64,000 bases of DNA from Deinococcales bacterium (GTDB lineage Bacteria > Deinococcota > Deinococci > Deinococcales > JAAFIG01), in the NCBI GenBank assembly GCA_031414595.1, contig JANNVX010000032.1, forward strand, positions 1-64,000, given 5' to 3'. Position numbers and translations under genes: made by a program. Below are positions 18,979-26,776 of the stretch, one piece after another. Under the pieces are notes generated by a model that worked only from the letters and a program-made list of their open reading frames with translations, searched no databases and had not been told where the DNA came from. How positions within the stretch are numbered: position 1 is the stretch's first letter; each line of letters starts with the position of its first letter.

Positions 18979-19463
18979 CACAAGCAACTGAACATATCCA
19001 ACCCCAAGTTTTAGCCTTGAGTGGCAAACCCAAAATTTTTGGCTTTGTCTGCGAATGGAGCTTAGGACGCACCGATTACATCCATGAAGATGGCACGGTC
19101 AAAGGCATGGAGCATATCAAAACCCTTAAAATTCCTTGCTCGGGCTTTGTGAAAACCGAATGGGTCACGGTGGCATTTGAAAATGGCGCTCAAGGTGTGT
19201 TTGTGCTGGGTTGCCCACTCGGAGATTGCCATTTTAACGAAGGTAACTTCATTATTAACGGCAGACTCGAGCAGCACACAGGCAGAATGGTCAACCGTAA
19301 AATCATTGACGAAGCTGGGCGCGTTGCCGAGCTTTACCTTGGTGTGACTGGCAACAACGATTTCTTTACTCAACTCGAAGACTTCACCAAGTACATCAGC
19401 GACATGCCAGCCTTGGTAGTCGCTGCCAAAAAACCTCGGGCTGCGGCAGCCAAAAAGGAGTAA
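18975..19463 (+). CDS. MvhD/FlpD-like [2Fe-2S] protein
   Basis: GFVCEWS, IPCSG and GVFVLGCPLGDCHFNEGN, the MvhD four-Cys signature. Confidence 0.85.
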   Translation: MTQATEHIQPQVLALSGKPKIFGFVCEWSLGRTDYIHEDGTVKGMEHIKTLKIPCSGFVKTEWVTVAFENGAQGVFVLGCPLGDCHFNEGNFIINGRLEQHTGRMVNRKIIDEAGRVAELYLGVTGNNDFFTQLEDFTKYISDMPALVVAAKKPRAAAAKKE

Positions 19464-19467
19464 TCAG

Positions 19468-19671
19468 ATGGAAGAAACTGCTGTAAATTCTAAAATTCTC
19501 GAGATAAGCGGCGAATCTACCTTGGCTGTGCGACCTGAACTCGAGCAAGTTGGAACTACCGAAAAGGACTCTCGGGGGGTGGGCTATCTGATGAATTGGG
19601 TCAGTTTAATTTTACTTTTTGTGCTTTCAATGATTGCCATTGCTTGGTTTGGACCTTTTAGCGAAGTATAG
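19468..19671 (+). CDS. Small C-terminally anchored membrane protein, last gene of the operon
   Basis: AAGGAG RBS, single C-terminal TM helix. Confidence 0.65.
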   Translation: MEETAVNSKILEISGESTLAVRPELEQVGTTEKDSRGVGYLMNWVSLILLFVLSMIAIAWFGPFSEV

Positions 19672-19716
19672 CCGAGCCTCATCTTAAGTCTGGTTCTTAA
19701 TCATCCAAAAAGCGTT

Positions 19717-19752
19717 AAACTAGAGGCAACCATCAGTGGTTGCCTCTAGTTT
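19717..19752. terminator. Perfect hairpin, probable operon terminator
   Basis: AAACTAGAGGCAACCA-tcag-TGGTTGCCTCTAGTTT. Confidence 0.75.
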
Positions 19753-20562
19753 ATGGCAAGAATCCCTTTAACAACACCTGAGCCAGCCGAACCTTCCAAT
19801 GCGATGGATAAGTTGCGTATGAGCCAAATAGAAATTATCTCGATCACCCCATTTATTCGGCTCGAGAAGGGCAATTGGCAAGGCAAGCGTGTGCTGGTCA
19901 AACGCTTAAAAACATCCATGATGAACAACCCTGATGTGCTTGAACGCTTCGAGCGCGAAGCCGATATTCTCGAGCGGCTTGACCACCCGAATATCCCAGC
20001 CTTGATTCACCGCGAATCTGGGGTACTGATGCGCCAATACGTTGAAGGCAACACGCTTTATCATTACCTCAACACCGCCACCATAGACACCGCCTCAACT
20101 TTGCATATTGCAAGGGGTTTATTGTCGGCATTGGTGCATTCGCACGTCCGAGAAATCCTACATTTGGATGTCAAACCCGCCAATGTGCTACTCAGCGCTG
20201 ACCGCCGCGTCCATCTGATTGATTTTGGATGTGCCAAAGACCTGACTTTGGGCAGTATTACCCACCATGAAGCCCGTCTTGGCACACCGCATTACATGGC
20301 ACCCGAGCAATTCAAAGGCATCCGCGATGAACAACGCTCCGACATTTACAGCGTCGGGGCAGTGATGTACGAATGCCTGATGGGACAACCACCACAACGT
20401 GACCCATTTGCATGGTTATCTGGACGTGGTGCATTACCCAAGCAAATGCCTAAGAATAATCAGTTGGCTGATATCATCTGGAAAGCCATTCAACGCAACC
20501 CAGACCACCGATACGACGAAGCCCTTGATATGCTCGAGGCGTTAGAAGCGATTGAAGTTTAG
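19753..20562 (+). CDS. Hanks-type Ser/Thr protein kinase
   Basis: VLVK, HLDVKPAN, DFG, GTPHYMAPE and SDIYS; start may be downstream. Confidence 0.88.
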   Translation: MARIPLTTPEPAEPSNAMDKLRMSQIEIISITPFIRLEKGNWQGKRVLVKRLKTSMMNNPDVLERFEREADILERLDHPNIPALIHRESGVLMRQYVEGNTLYHYLNTATIDTASTLHIARGLLSALVHSHVREILHLDVKPANVLLSADRRVHLIDFGCAKDLTLGSITHHEARLGTPHYMAPEQFKGIRDEQRSDIYSVGAVMYECLMGQPPQRDPFAWLSGRGALPKQMPKNNQLADIIWKAIQRNPDHRYDEALDMLEALEAIEV

Positions 20563-20641
20563 GAGAGCTATGGGCTTTGAGCTATGGGCTTTGAGGGTTT
20601 ACTAGCCGATTGTCTCGAGAAACCGATTCTTAGAGGAAAAA

Positions 20642-21556
20642 ATGAAACGATTATTGACTTTCTTGGGTGTGTTTCTATTTGGCTTGGCAATTTCTCAAAG
20701 TGGCTCTCCTCTGCCCGCCAGTGCAACCCTCATCTCGAGCAAAATCATCAACGGAATTACCGAACAAGACCTGTGGTATAAAAGCGACAATTTACGAATT
20801 CGCGGGCGGTTGTTTTTGCCAAGTGGCACGGCTCGAGTGGCTGGGGTTGTCTACAATCACGGCGGGGTTACTGGTTTATCTAACCTTGCGGCAACACGCT
20901 GCCGCGAACTGGCACAGGCTGGCTTGGCGGTCTTTGCCTCGAGCTACCGAGGTGAGGATGGCTCGGATGGCAAAGTAGAAGTCGCCAAAGGCGAAATAGA
21001 CGATGTTCTGGCTGGCTATAACTGGTTTAAGACCCACCCTCGAGTGGATGCAAAGCGCATTGCCCAATTTGGCACAAGCCACGGGGCATTGATCGGGCTT
21101 TTTAGCAGCGCAAGGGACTCGAGTTTTCGCAGTTTGGTCTTTGCTTACGGCGTAGCCGATATTGTCGCATGGTACGAGCATTTGGTACGCACCAAGCAAC
21201 TGACAAACGACCAATTGACCAAGGACACTTACGGTAACGGTCCCGCAGACCGCCCCGAAAGTTTTGCGGTTCGGATGGGTTTGAGCGCCGTCCCAAAAAT
21301 CCCTGATGCCATGCCTGTGCTGATTATTCAGGGTGGAAAAGATGTGATTGTGCCGCTTGAACAAGCCAAAGTCTTACACAGCAGCCTCAAGAAAAACGGC
21401 AAACAAAGCCAATTGAACGTTTATCCAAATAGCGAACATGGTTTTGTGATTACCCAAGAAGCGGCTGCCAAAAAAAGTAAGGTGTCTGGTCTCGAGGCTA
21501 GTCTTGCATGGTCAGACATAAAAAAATTCTTACTCGAGACAACCAAAATCAGGTAA
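20642..21556 (+). CDS. Secreted alpha/beta hydrolase (S9 peptidase-like)
   Basis: Signal peptide, HGG, GTSHG nucleophile elbow, GGKD, HGF. Confidence 0.85.
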   Translation: MKRLLTFLGVFLFGLAISQSGSPLPASATLISSKIINGITEQDLWYKSDNLRIRGRLFLPSGTARVAGVVYNHGGVTGLSNLAATRCRELAQAGLAVFASSYRGEDGSDGKVEVAKGEIDDVLAGYNWFKTHPRVDAKRIAQFGTSHGALIGLFSSARDSSFRSLVFAYGVADIVAWYEHLVRTKQLTNDQLTKDTYGNGPADRPESFAVRMGLSAVPKIPDAMPVLIIQGGKDVIVPLEQAKVLHSSLKKNGKQSQLNVYPNSEHGFVITQEAAAKKSKVSGLEASLAWSDIKKFLLETTKIR

Positions 21557-21565
21557 ACTCGAGCC

Positions 21566-22072
21566 ATGTTATTTGCTTTGGTTGCCCTCATTATTGTGCA
21601 GCGCTTACTTGAACTGGGTCATGCTAAGCGCAACTTGGCTTGGGTAATGGCAAATGGTGGCAAAGAATACGCAGCCGAACATTACCCTTTTATGGTTGCC
21701 TTGCACTCGAGTTGGATTGTGGCACTGCTGCTTGAGGGATGGCTACGCGGCGCGGCTCTTTCGAGTTTATGGTGGTTGTGGCTTGGGCTTTTTTTAGTCG
21801 CTCAGGTCTTACGCTACATCGTCATCTCGAGCCTAGGTAAACTCTGGAATACCCGAATTATTATTGTGCCAAATGCAAAATTGGTACGCTCTGGGTTATA
21901 CAGCTTTGTTAAACACCCCAATTATATGATTGTTGCCCTCGAGTTATTGGTCACACCACTGATTTTTGATGCTTGGATTACAGCGATTGTTTTTAGTGTC
22001 CTGAATGCTGTTTTATTGCTAGGTTTTCGGATTCCTGCCGAAGAACGCGCCCTCGAGACATTAAAGGGTTAA
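21566..22072 (+). CDS. Isoprenylcysteine carboxyl methyltransferase family (BpsB/SrsB-like)
   Basis: QRL.EL..A.RN, LG..WNTRII, HPNY, RIPAEE. Confidence 0.85.
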   Translation: MLFALVALIIVQRLLELGHAKRNLAWVMANGGKEYAAEHYPFMVALHSSWIVALLLEGWLRGAALSSLWWLWLGLFLVAQVLRYIVISSLGKLWNTRIIIVPNAKLVRSGLYSFVKHPNYMIVALELLVTPLIFDAWITAIVFSVLNAVLLLGFRIPAEERALETLKG

Positions 22073-22091
22073 TGTAGCTTATAATGCCAGT

Positions 22092-23636
22092 ATGACGATT
22101 CAATTGACCAACCCTGTACCCGAAGTAGCAATGCCACTTTTTTCGCAAGCTGCCTTAGAATTTGTGACTCAACTCGAGCAGAAATTTGCAGCGCGGCGCT
22201 TGGAGTTACTGACCGCTCGAGCCGAACGCGCCAAGCGCCTAAAAAACGGCGAATTACCGCATTTTTTGCCTGAAACAAGCAATATCAGGGAATCTGAATG
22301 GACGGTTGCACCATTGCCACAAGACCTACAAGACCGCCGTACCGAAATAACCGGACCCGTAGACCGAAAAATGGTGATTAACGCCCTCAATTCTGGGGCA
22401 AAGGTTTTTATGGCAGATTTTGAAGATGCCAATAGTCCAACATGGTCAAACACCACGCTAGGACAAGTGAATTTGCTTGATGCCAATAAACGCATTATTT
22501 CACTCGAGCAGGGCGAAAAAACCTATGTGTTAAACCAAACCGTTGCGACTCTCAAAGTTCGTCCGCGTGGTTGGCATCTCGAGGAACGCCATGCGGTCTT
22601 GGATGGCAAGGCTGTGTCGGCTTCGCTGTTTGATTTTGGGATTTACTTTTTTAACAATGTTGATGTGCTGCTTGGACGTGGTTCAGCCCCTTATTTTTAC
22701 CTGCCTAAACTTGAATCACATCTCGAGGCAAGATTATGGAACGATGTTTTTGTCTTTGCCCAAGAATACCTTGGTGTCCCACAAGGCACGATTCGCGCCA
22801 CAGTTTTAATCGAAACAATCCTCGCCTCGTTTGAAATGCACGAGATTTTGTATGAACTGCGCCACCACTCGAGTGGCTTAAATTGCGGACGTTGGGATTA
22901 TATTTTTAGTTTTATTAAAAAACTCGGTCACGACCCTAGATTTGTTCTGCCAGACCGTGCCAAAGTGACGATGGCAACCCAGATGATGCGCTCCTACTCA
23001 AAACTGGCGATACAAACCTGCCACAAGCGCAACGCCCCAGCCATCGGCGGGATGAGTGCTTTTATTCCCGTTAAAAACGATGAGGCTGCCAATGCAAAGG
23101 CATTTGAACAAGTTCGGCTTGATAAAGAACGTGAAGCTGGCGATGGTCATGACGGCACTTGGGTGGCGCACCCCGGGCTTGTCCCTGTGGCACTCGAGGT
23201 CTTTAACCGACTGATGCCGACCCCCAATCAAATCGGCAAAATTCCAGAAGGGGCTGTTTTTGAATCAGACCTTTTAATTGTTCCGACCGATGGTGTGACC
23301 CGAACTGGACTCGAGCTAAATGTTTCTGTGGCACTCCAATACTTAGAAGCATGGTTACGCGGCAGTGGGGCAGTGCCAATCAATAATTTAATGGAAGATG
23401 CGGCTACCGCCGAAATCTCGAGGGCGCAACTCTGGCAATGGGTGCATCACAAAGTTGAACTCGAGGACAGCACAATTGTCACCCGCGACTTGGTACTACA
23501 AACCATTCAAAAGTACCTTGGACAGCTAAAAGCAGAAGGCAAACGCTTTGAAGAAGCCGCTAAACTCTTAATCAACACCACCAAAGAACCATTTGCCGAA
23601 TTCTTAACCACCTCGGCGTACCAAATTCTTGAGTAA
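22092..23636 (+). CDS. aceB: Malate synthase A
   Basis: EITGP.DRKM.INALNSGA, RPRGWH, LNCGRWDYIFS, LMEDAATAEISR. Confidence 0.95.
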   Translation: MTIQLTNPVPEVAMPLFSQAALEFVTQLEQKFAARRLELLTARAERAKRLKNGELPHFLPETSNIRESEWTVAPLPQDLQDRRTEITGPVDRKMVINALNSGAKVFMADFEDANSPTWSNTTLGQVNLLDANKRIISLEQGEKTYVLNQTVATLKVRPRGWHLEERHAVLDGKAVSASLFDFGIYFFNNVDVLLGRGSAPYFYLPKLESHLEARLWNDVFVFAQEYLGVPQGTIRATVLIETILASFEMHEILYELRHHSSGLNCGRWDYIFSFIKKLGHDPRFVLPDRAKVTMATQMMRSYSKLAIQTCHKRNAPAIGGMSAFIPVKNDEAANAKAFEQVRLDKEREAGDGHDGTWVAHPGLVPVALEVFNRLMPTPNQIGKIPEGAVFESDLLIVPTDGVTRTGLELNVSVALQYLEAWLRGSGAVPINNLMEDAATAEISRAQLWQWVHHKVELEDSTIVTRDLVLQTIQKYLGQLKAEGKRFEEAAKLLINTTKEPFAEFLTTSAYQILE

Positions 23637-23638
23637 AT

Positions 23639-24580
23639 TTATAACCACGTTTGCATTTGCTTAGGTGTTAAGTTCCCACCACAAATAATCGTGGCAACTC
23701 GAGAACCAATAAATTGCGCCCGATGCTCGAGCAGTGCTGCAATACCCACCGCCCCAGACGGTTCTACCACCAAACCAAGGTGTTGATGCAGTAATTTCAT
23801 TGCCTCGAGAATACTGGAATCCGAGACCAGCAAGCCATCATCCACAATGCCGTTCATGTCTTGTACTGCCTCGAGAATCGGTTCGCGTACCCCAATCCCG
23901 TCAGCAATTGTGTTTACGCTGTCAAACCGCACAACCTTCCCAGCCCGCCAAGACTCGAGCATACTTGGCGCACCAGCCGCACAGATTGCCACCACTTTTG
24001 CCCTCGAGTTGGCTTTGATGTACCGTGCAACACCGTTTAAGAGCGCTCCGTTACCCAATGGAATCAACACCGCATCAAAATCTAAGCCACGCAGCATCTC
24101 GAGTCCGATTGTTCCCGCCCCTTCGGAAATCAGTGGCTCGAGACCATCTTCAACCATATAGGCATTGTTTTTGATTGCCCAGCGTTTTGCCTCGAGTTTA
24201 GCGGCATCAAAATCCTCACCATACAAAATGACAGTTGCACCCAATGCCCGCATTCGCTCGAGTTTTAGCGGATTGGCATTAACACTGGCAAAAACCGTTA
24301 AATCAATACCCTTAGCACGGCAAGCATATGCCATTGCCTGACCAAAATTCCCAGCACTGCCGCAGACCAGTTTTGCACTTTTCTCGAGACTCGAGATAAA
24401 ATGACTTGCACCACGACCCTTAAAGCTGCGAACCGGATTGAGCGTCTCGATTTTGACCGTAACTCGAGTACCCAGTGCAGCATTTAGGGCTTCGGATTCG
24501 TATTGCGGGCTGTTTAGAAATTCGGCTGGAATGGTGAGCATGGCATTTTCTATCGACTCGAGACTTAAACGATGTTTCAT
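23639..24580 (-). CDS. PLP-dependent threonine/serine dehydratase-like enzyme
   Basis: SFKGRGA, SAGNFGQ, GNGAL, EPSGAV; start moved to ATG 24580. Confidence 0.85.
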   Translation of the reverse strand: MKHRLSLESIENAMLTIPAEFLNSPQYESEALNAALGTRVTVKIETLNPVRSFKGRGASHFISSLEKSAKLVCGSAGNFGQAMAYACRAKGIDLTVFASVNANPLKLERMRALGATVILYGEDFDAAKLEAKRWAIKNNAYMVEDGLEPLISEGAGTIGLEMLRGLDFDAVLIPLGNGALLNGVARYIKANSRAKVVAICAAGAPSMLESWRAGKVVRFDSVNTIADGIGVREPILEAVQDMNGIVDDGLLVSDSSILEAMKLLHQHLGLVVEPSGAVGIAALLEHRAQFIGSRVATIICGGNLTPKQMQTWL

Positions 24581-24604
24581 TGATAACTCCTTTATACTGA
24601 ACCT

Positions 24605-24886
24605 ATGAACCTCGAGCAAATACAGCAGATTGCTGCCCGAAATCGTGTCCAACGACTCGAAATTTTTGGTTCGGCATCTCGAGGTGAAACTGCCAACGAC
24701 TTTGATTTTTTGGTGCAATTTCAACCGATGCCTGTCCTTGAGCATGGTCGGGCATATTTTGCGTTGCTTGAGGAATTACGTCTGGCTTTGAATAAACCGA
24801 TTGATTTACTTGAGGAAAACGCGATTGAAAATCTATTTTTTCTAAAAAGTATCGCCGCCGATAGAAAAGAGATTTATGTCGCTTGA
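24605..24886 (+). CDS. MNT (minimal nucleotidyltransferase) antitoxin
   Basis: FGSASRGE...DFDFLV...IDLL. Confidence 0.85.
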   Translation: MNLEQIQQIAARNRVQRLEIFGSASRGETANDFDFLVQFQPMPVLEHGRAYFALLEELRLALNKPIDLLEENAIENLFFLKSIAADRKEIYVA

Positions 24887-25211
24887 AGCCCAAATATACG
24901 CGGCTGATATTCTCAAAGCCATTGGTTTGATTGAACGATTTACCAAGAACTTTGAGTATGAGGCGTATTGCTTGGATGTCTTGCGAATTTCGGCGGTTGA
25001 GCGTCAACTGGGTATTATTGGTGAAGCTGTGACACAAATGGTTAAACTCAATTCGAGTTTTTCGGTTCGCAATGCAAAACAAATTATTGGGTTTCGTAAT
25101 ATTTTGATTCATAATTATGCTCGAGTTAGCCAAGCTGTGATTTGGACAATTGTCATAGATGAATTACCCGTCCTAAAAATTGAATGCGAAGCAATAGTTG
25201 AATTAACCTAA
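24876..25211 (+). CDS. HEPN (DUF86) RNase toxin
   Basis: IIGEA...FRNILIHNY (Rx4HxY); overlaps the MNT gene. Confidence 0.85.
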   Translation: MSLEAQIYAADILKAIGLIERFTKNFEYEAYCLDVLRISAVERQLGIIGEAVTQMVKLNSSFSVRNAKQIIGFRNILIHNYARVSQAVIWTIVIDELPVLKIECEAIVELT

Positions 25212-26326
25212 GTACAGAACTCCTTGATGGTTTCAAACAAATTGTTGGTTAATGTTTCCAAACTGGTTAAGTCCACCCATTCGGTTTTGGCATGAGCGCC
25301 GTCGCCTATCACACCGTACATGACTGTATCTATACCAGCCGCTTGCATCAGCGCGGCATCTGCCCAGTAGCTTGCACCAGAAATTTTTGCACCAGTTTTG
25401 CATTGCAGAATCTCGAGGATAACAGCGTCTGGCGGAGTCGCGAGCGGGTGGCGCTCGAGACCAATTTGATAACTGGCTTTGAAGGTCGGGTCAGCCGCAC
25501 GGCAGGTCTCGAGGATTGCCTGAATTTCGTTTTGTAGGGTTGCCGCGTTTTCATTTGGAATGGTGCGCCGTTCAAGCTCGAGGACACACTGCGCGGGGTA
25601 ACTCGAGCGCTCCTCTCCTCCACTGATATGGCTGGCATGAAGGCTTCCAGTGCCTAGAAGTGGATGCGGTGAATCTAAACGCAATTGTGTATCTAACTTC
25701 TCGAGTTCGATTAAAACCCGTCCCATTTTGGCAATCGCATCCACCCCCAAATGTGGTCTCGAGCCGTGCGCCGCTACACCGTGGGTGGTGATGGTTGCCC
25801 AAACAAAACCTTTGTGGGCGGTGACAATCTCAAGTTCGGTAGGTTCGATCACGATTCCAGCATCGGCAGTAAAGTGCCGCAACACTTCTTCTGTGCCAAT
25901 ACTCGAGTCTTCTTCATCGCTTACACAGGCAACAATAATATCGCCACGCAGTCCAAGTTTTTTGGCTCGAGAAGCCGCAATCAGCATGGCAGCAACGCCG
26001 CTTTTCATGTCGTAACTACCACGCCCGAACATTTTGCCGTTTTCAACTCGAGGCTCGAGCGCGTTGCCTTCGTAACCCGCAATCGTCACAGTATCCAAAT
26101 GCCCATTGAGCATCAGGCTACGCCCACCACCCGTGCCTTTGGCAACACCAACCACACTTGGGCGACCTGCCGTGTCCTCGAGCCAATGGGTGGTAAAGCC
26201 GTTTTGCTCGAGCCAGTGCTGCACGAATTTAGCAATGTTCGTTTCGCCAGCCCCGCCAGTCACTAAACTAGGATTGACGCTGTTAATAACAATCAGTTGC
26301 TCGAGAAGTTTTTGGGAGTCGGTCAT
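25208..26326 (-). CDS. M20 family ArgE/DapE-like deacylase
   Basis: NGHLDTV, GRGSYDMK, DEE, EPT, AH...EW. Confidence 0.88.
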   Translation of the reverse strand: MTDSQKLLEQLIVINSVNPSLVTGGAGETNIAKFVQHWLEQNGFTTHWLEDTAGRPSVVGVAKGTGGGRSLMLNGHLDTVTIAGYEGNALEPRVENGKMFGRGSYDMKSGVAAMLIAASRAKKLGLRGDIIVACVSDEEDSSIGTEEVLRHFTADAGIVIEPTELEIVTAHKGFVWATITTHGVAAHGSRPHLGVDAIAKMGRVLIELEKLDTQLRLDSPHPLLGTGSLHASHISGGEERSSYPAQCVLELERRTIPNENAATLQNEIQAILETCRAADPTFKASYQIGLERHPLATPPDAVILEILQCKTGAKISGASYWADAALMQAAGIDTVMYGVIGDGAHAKTEWVDLTSLETLTNNLFETIKEFCT

Positions 26327-26635
26327 ATTGGTATGTAATATACTACTTGAAGAAACTTGGGTTTGCAAGTCGTATCTATGCTTATTTTTAATTACTGATC
26401 GTAAAAAATTTGTGCTAGGCTCGAGTTATAGCGGGAGTCGCAATTTCTTTCAGTCGTAAAAATCTGGAGGCGGTGCTGTTATTCTCGCCAATTATTTATA
26501 GCCATGAATCATCAGTAAATTGCGATTCATACCGCTTTAGACGCATATTTAAGCCAAGGTTGTGACTCGAGTATAATTTTTAACCGCGATGTTTTCTTGA
26601 AAATACATCTGCTCACACTCAGCCAAAGGAGTCGC

Positions 26636-26776
26636 ATGAAAGACAGTCATAAAGACCAGAAAATTCCGTATCAAACTCCAAAACTCGAGGGGTTAGGCGT
26701 ATTTGTGGCGCTCATCGGTGGTTCACCGATTCGTGTGCCAATTCAACTCGAAGTGCCAGTAAAAGGAGAAAAATAA
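26636..26776 (+). CDS. Unannotated 46-aa peptide with a YxxPxL leader-like motif
   Basis: AAAGGAG RBS; MKDSHKDQKIPYQTPKLEGLGVFVALIGGSPIRVPIQLEVPVKGEK*; TAATG overlap with the next gene. Confidence 0.7.
   Translation: MKDSHKDQKIPYQTPKLEGLGVFVALIGGSPIRVPIQLEVPVKGEK

Noticed and set aside
18975-19463. Hydrogenase or heterodisulfide reductase locus
   Set aside because: No NiFe large subunit, HdrA/B/C or maturation genes in the window; only the MvhD-like subunit
21566-22072. Alkylresorcinol/pyrone biosynthetic cluster
   Set aside because: The methyltransferase is present but no type III PKS is adjacent
26636-26776. Bona fide lasso peptide precursor
   Set aside because: No Thr at -2 of a plausible core, no ring-forming Asp/Glu at position 7-9, no lasso enzymes nearby
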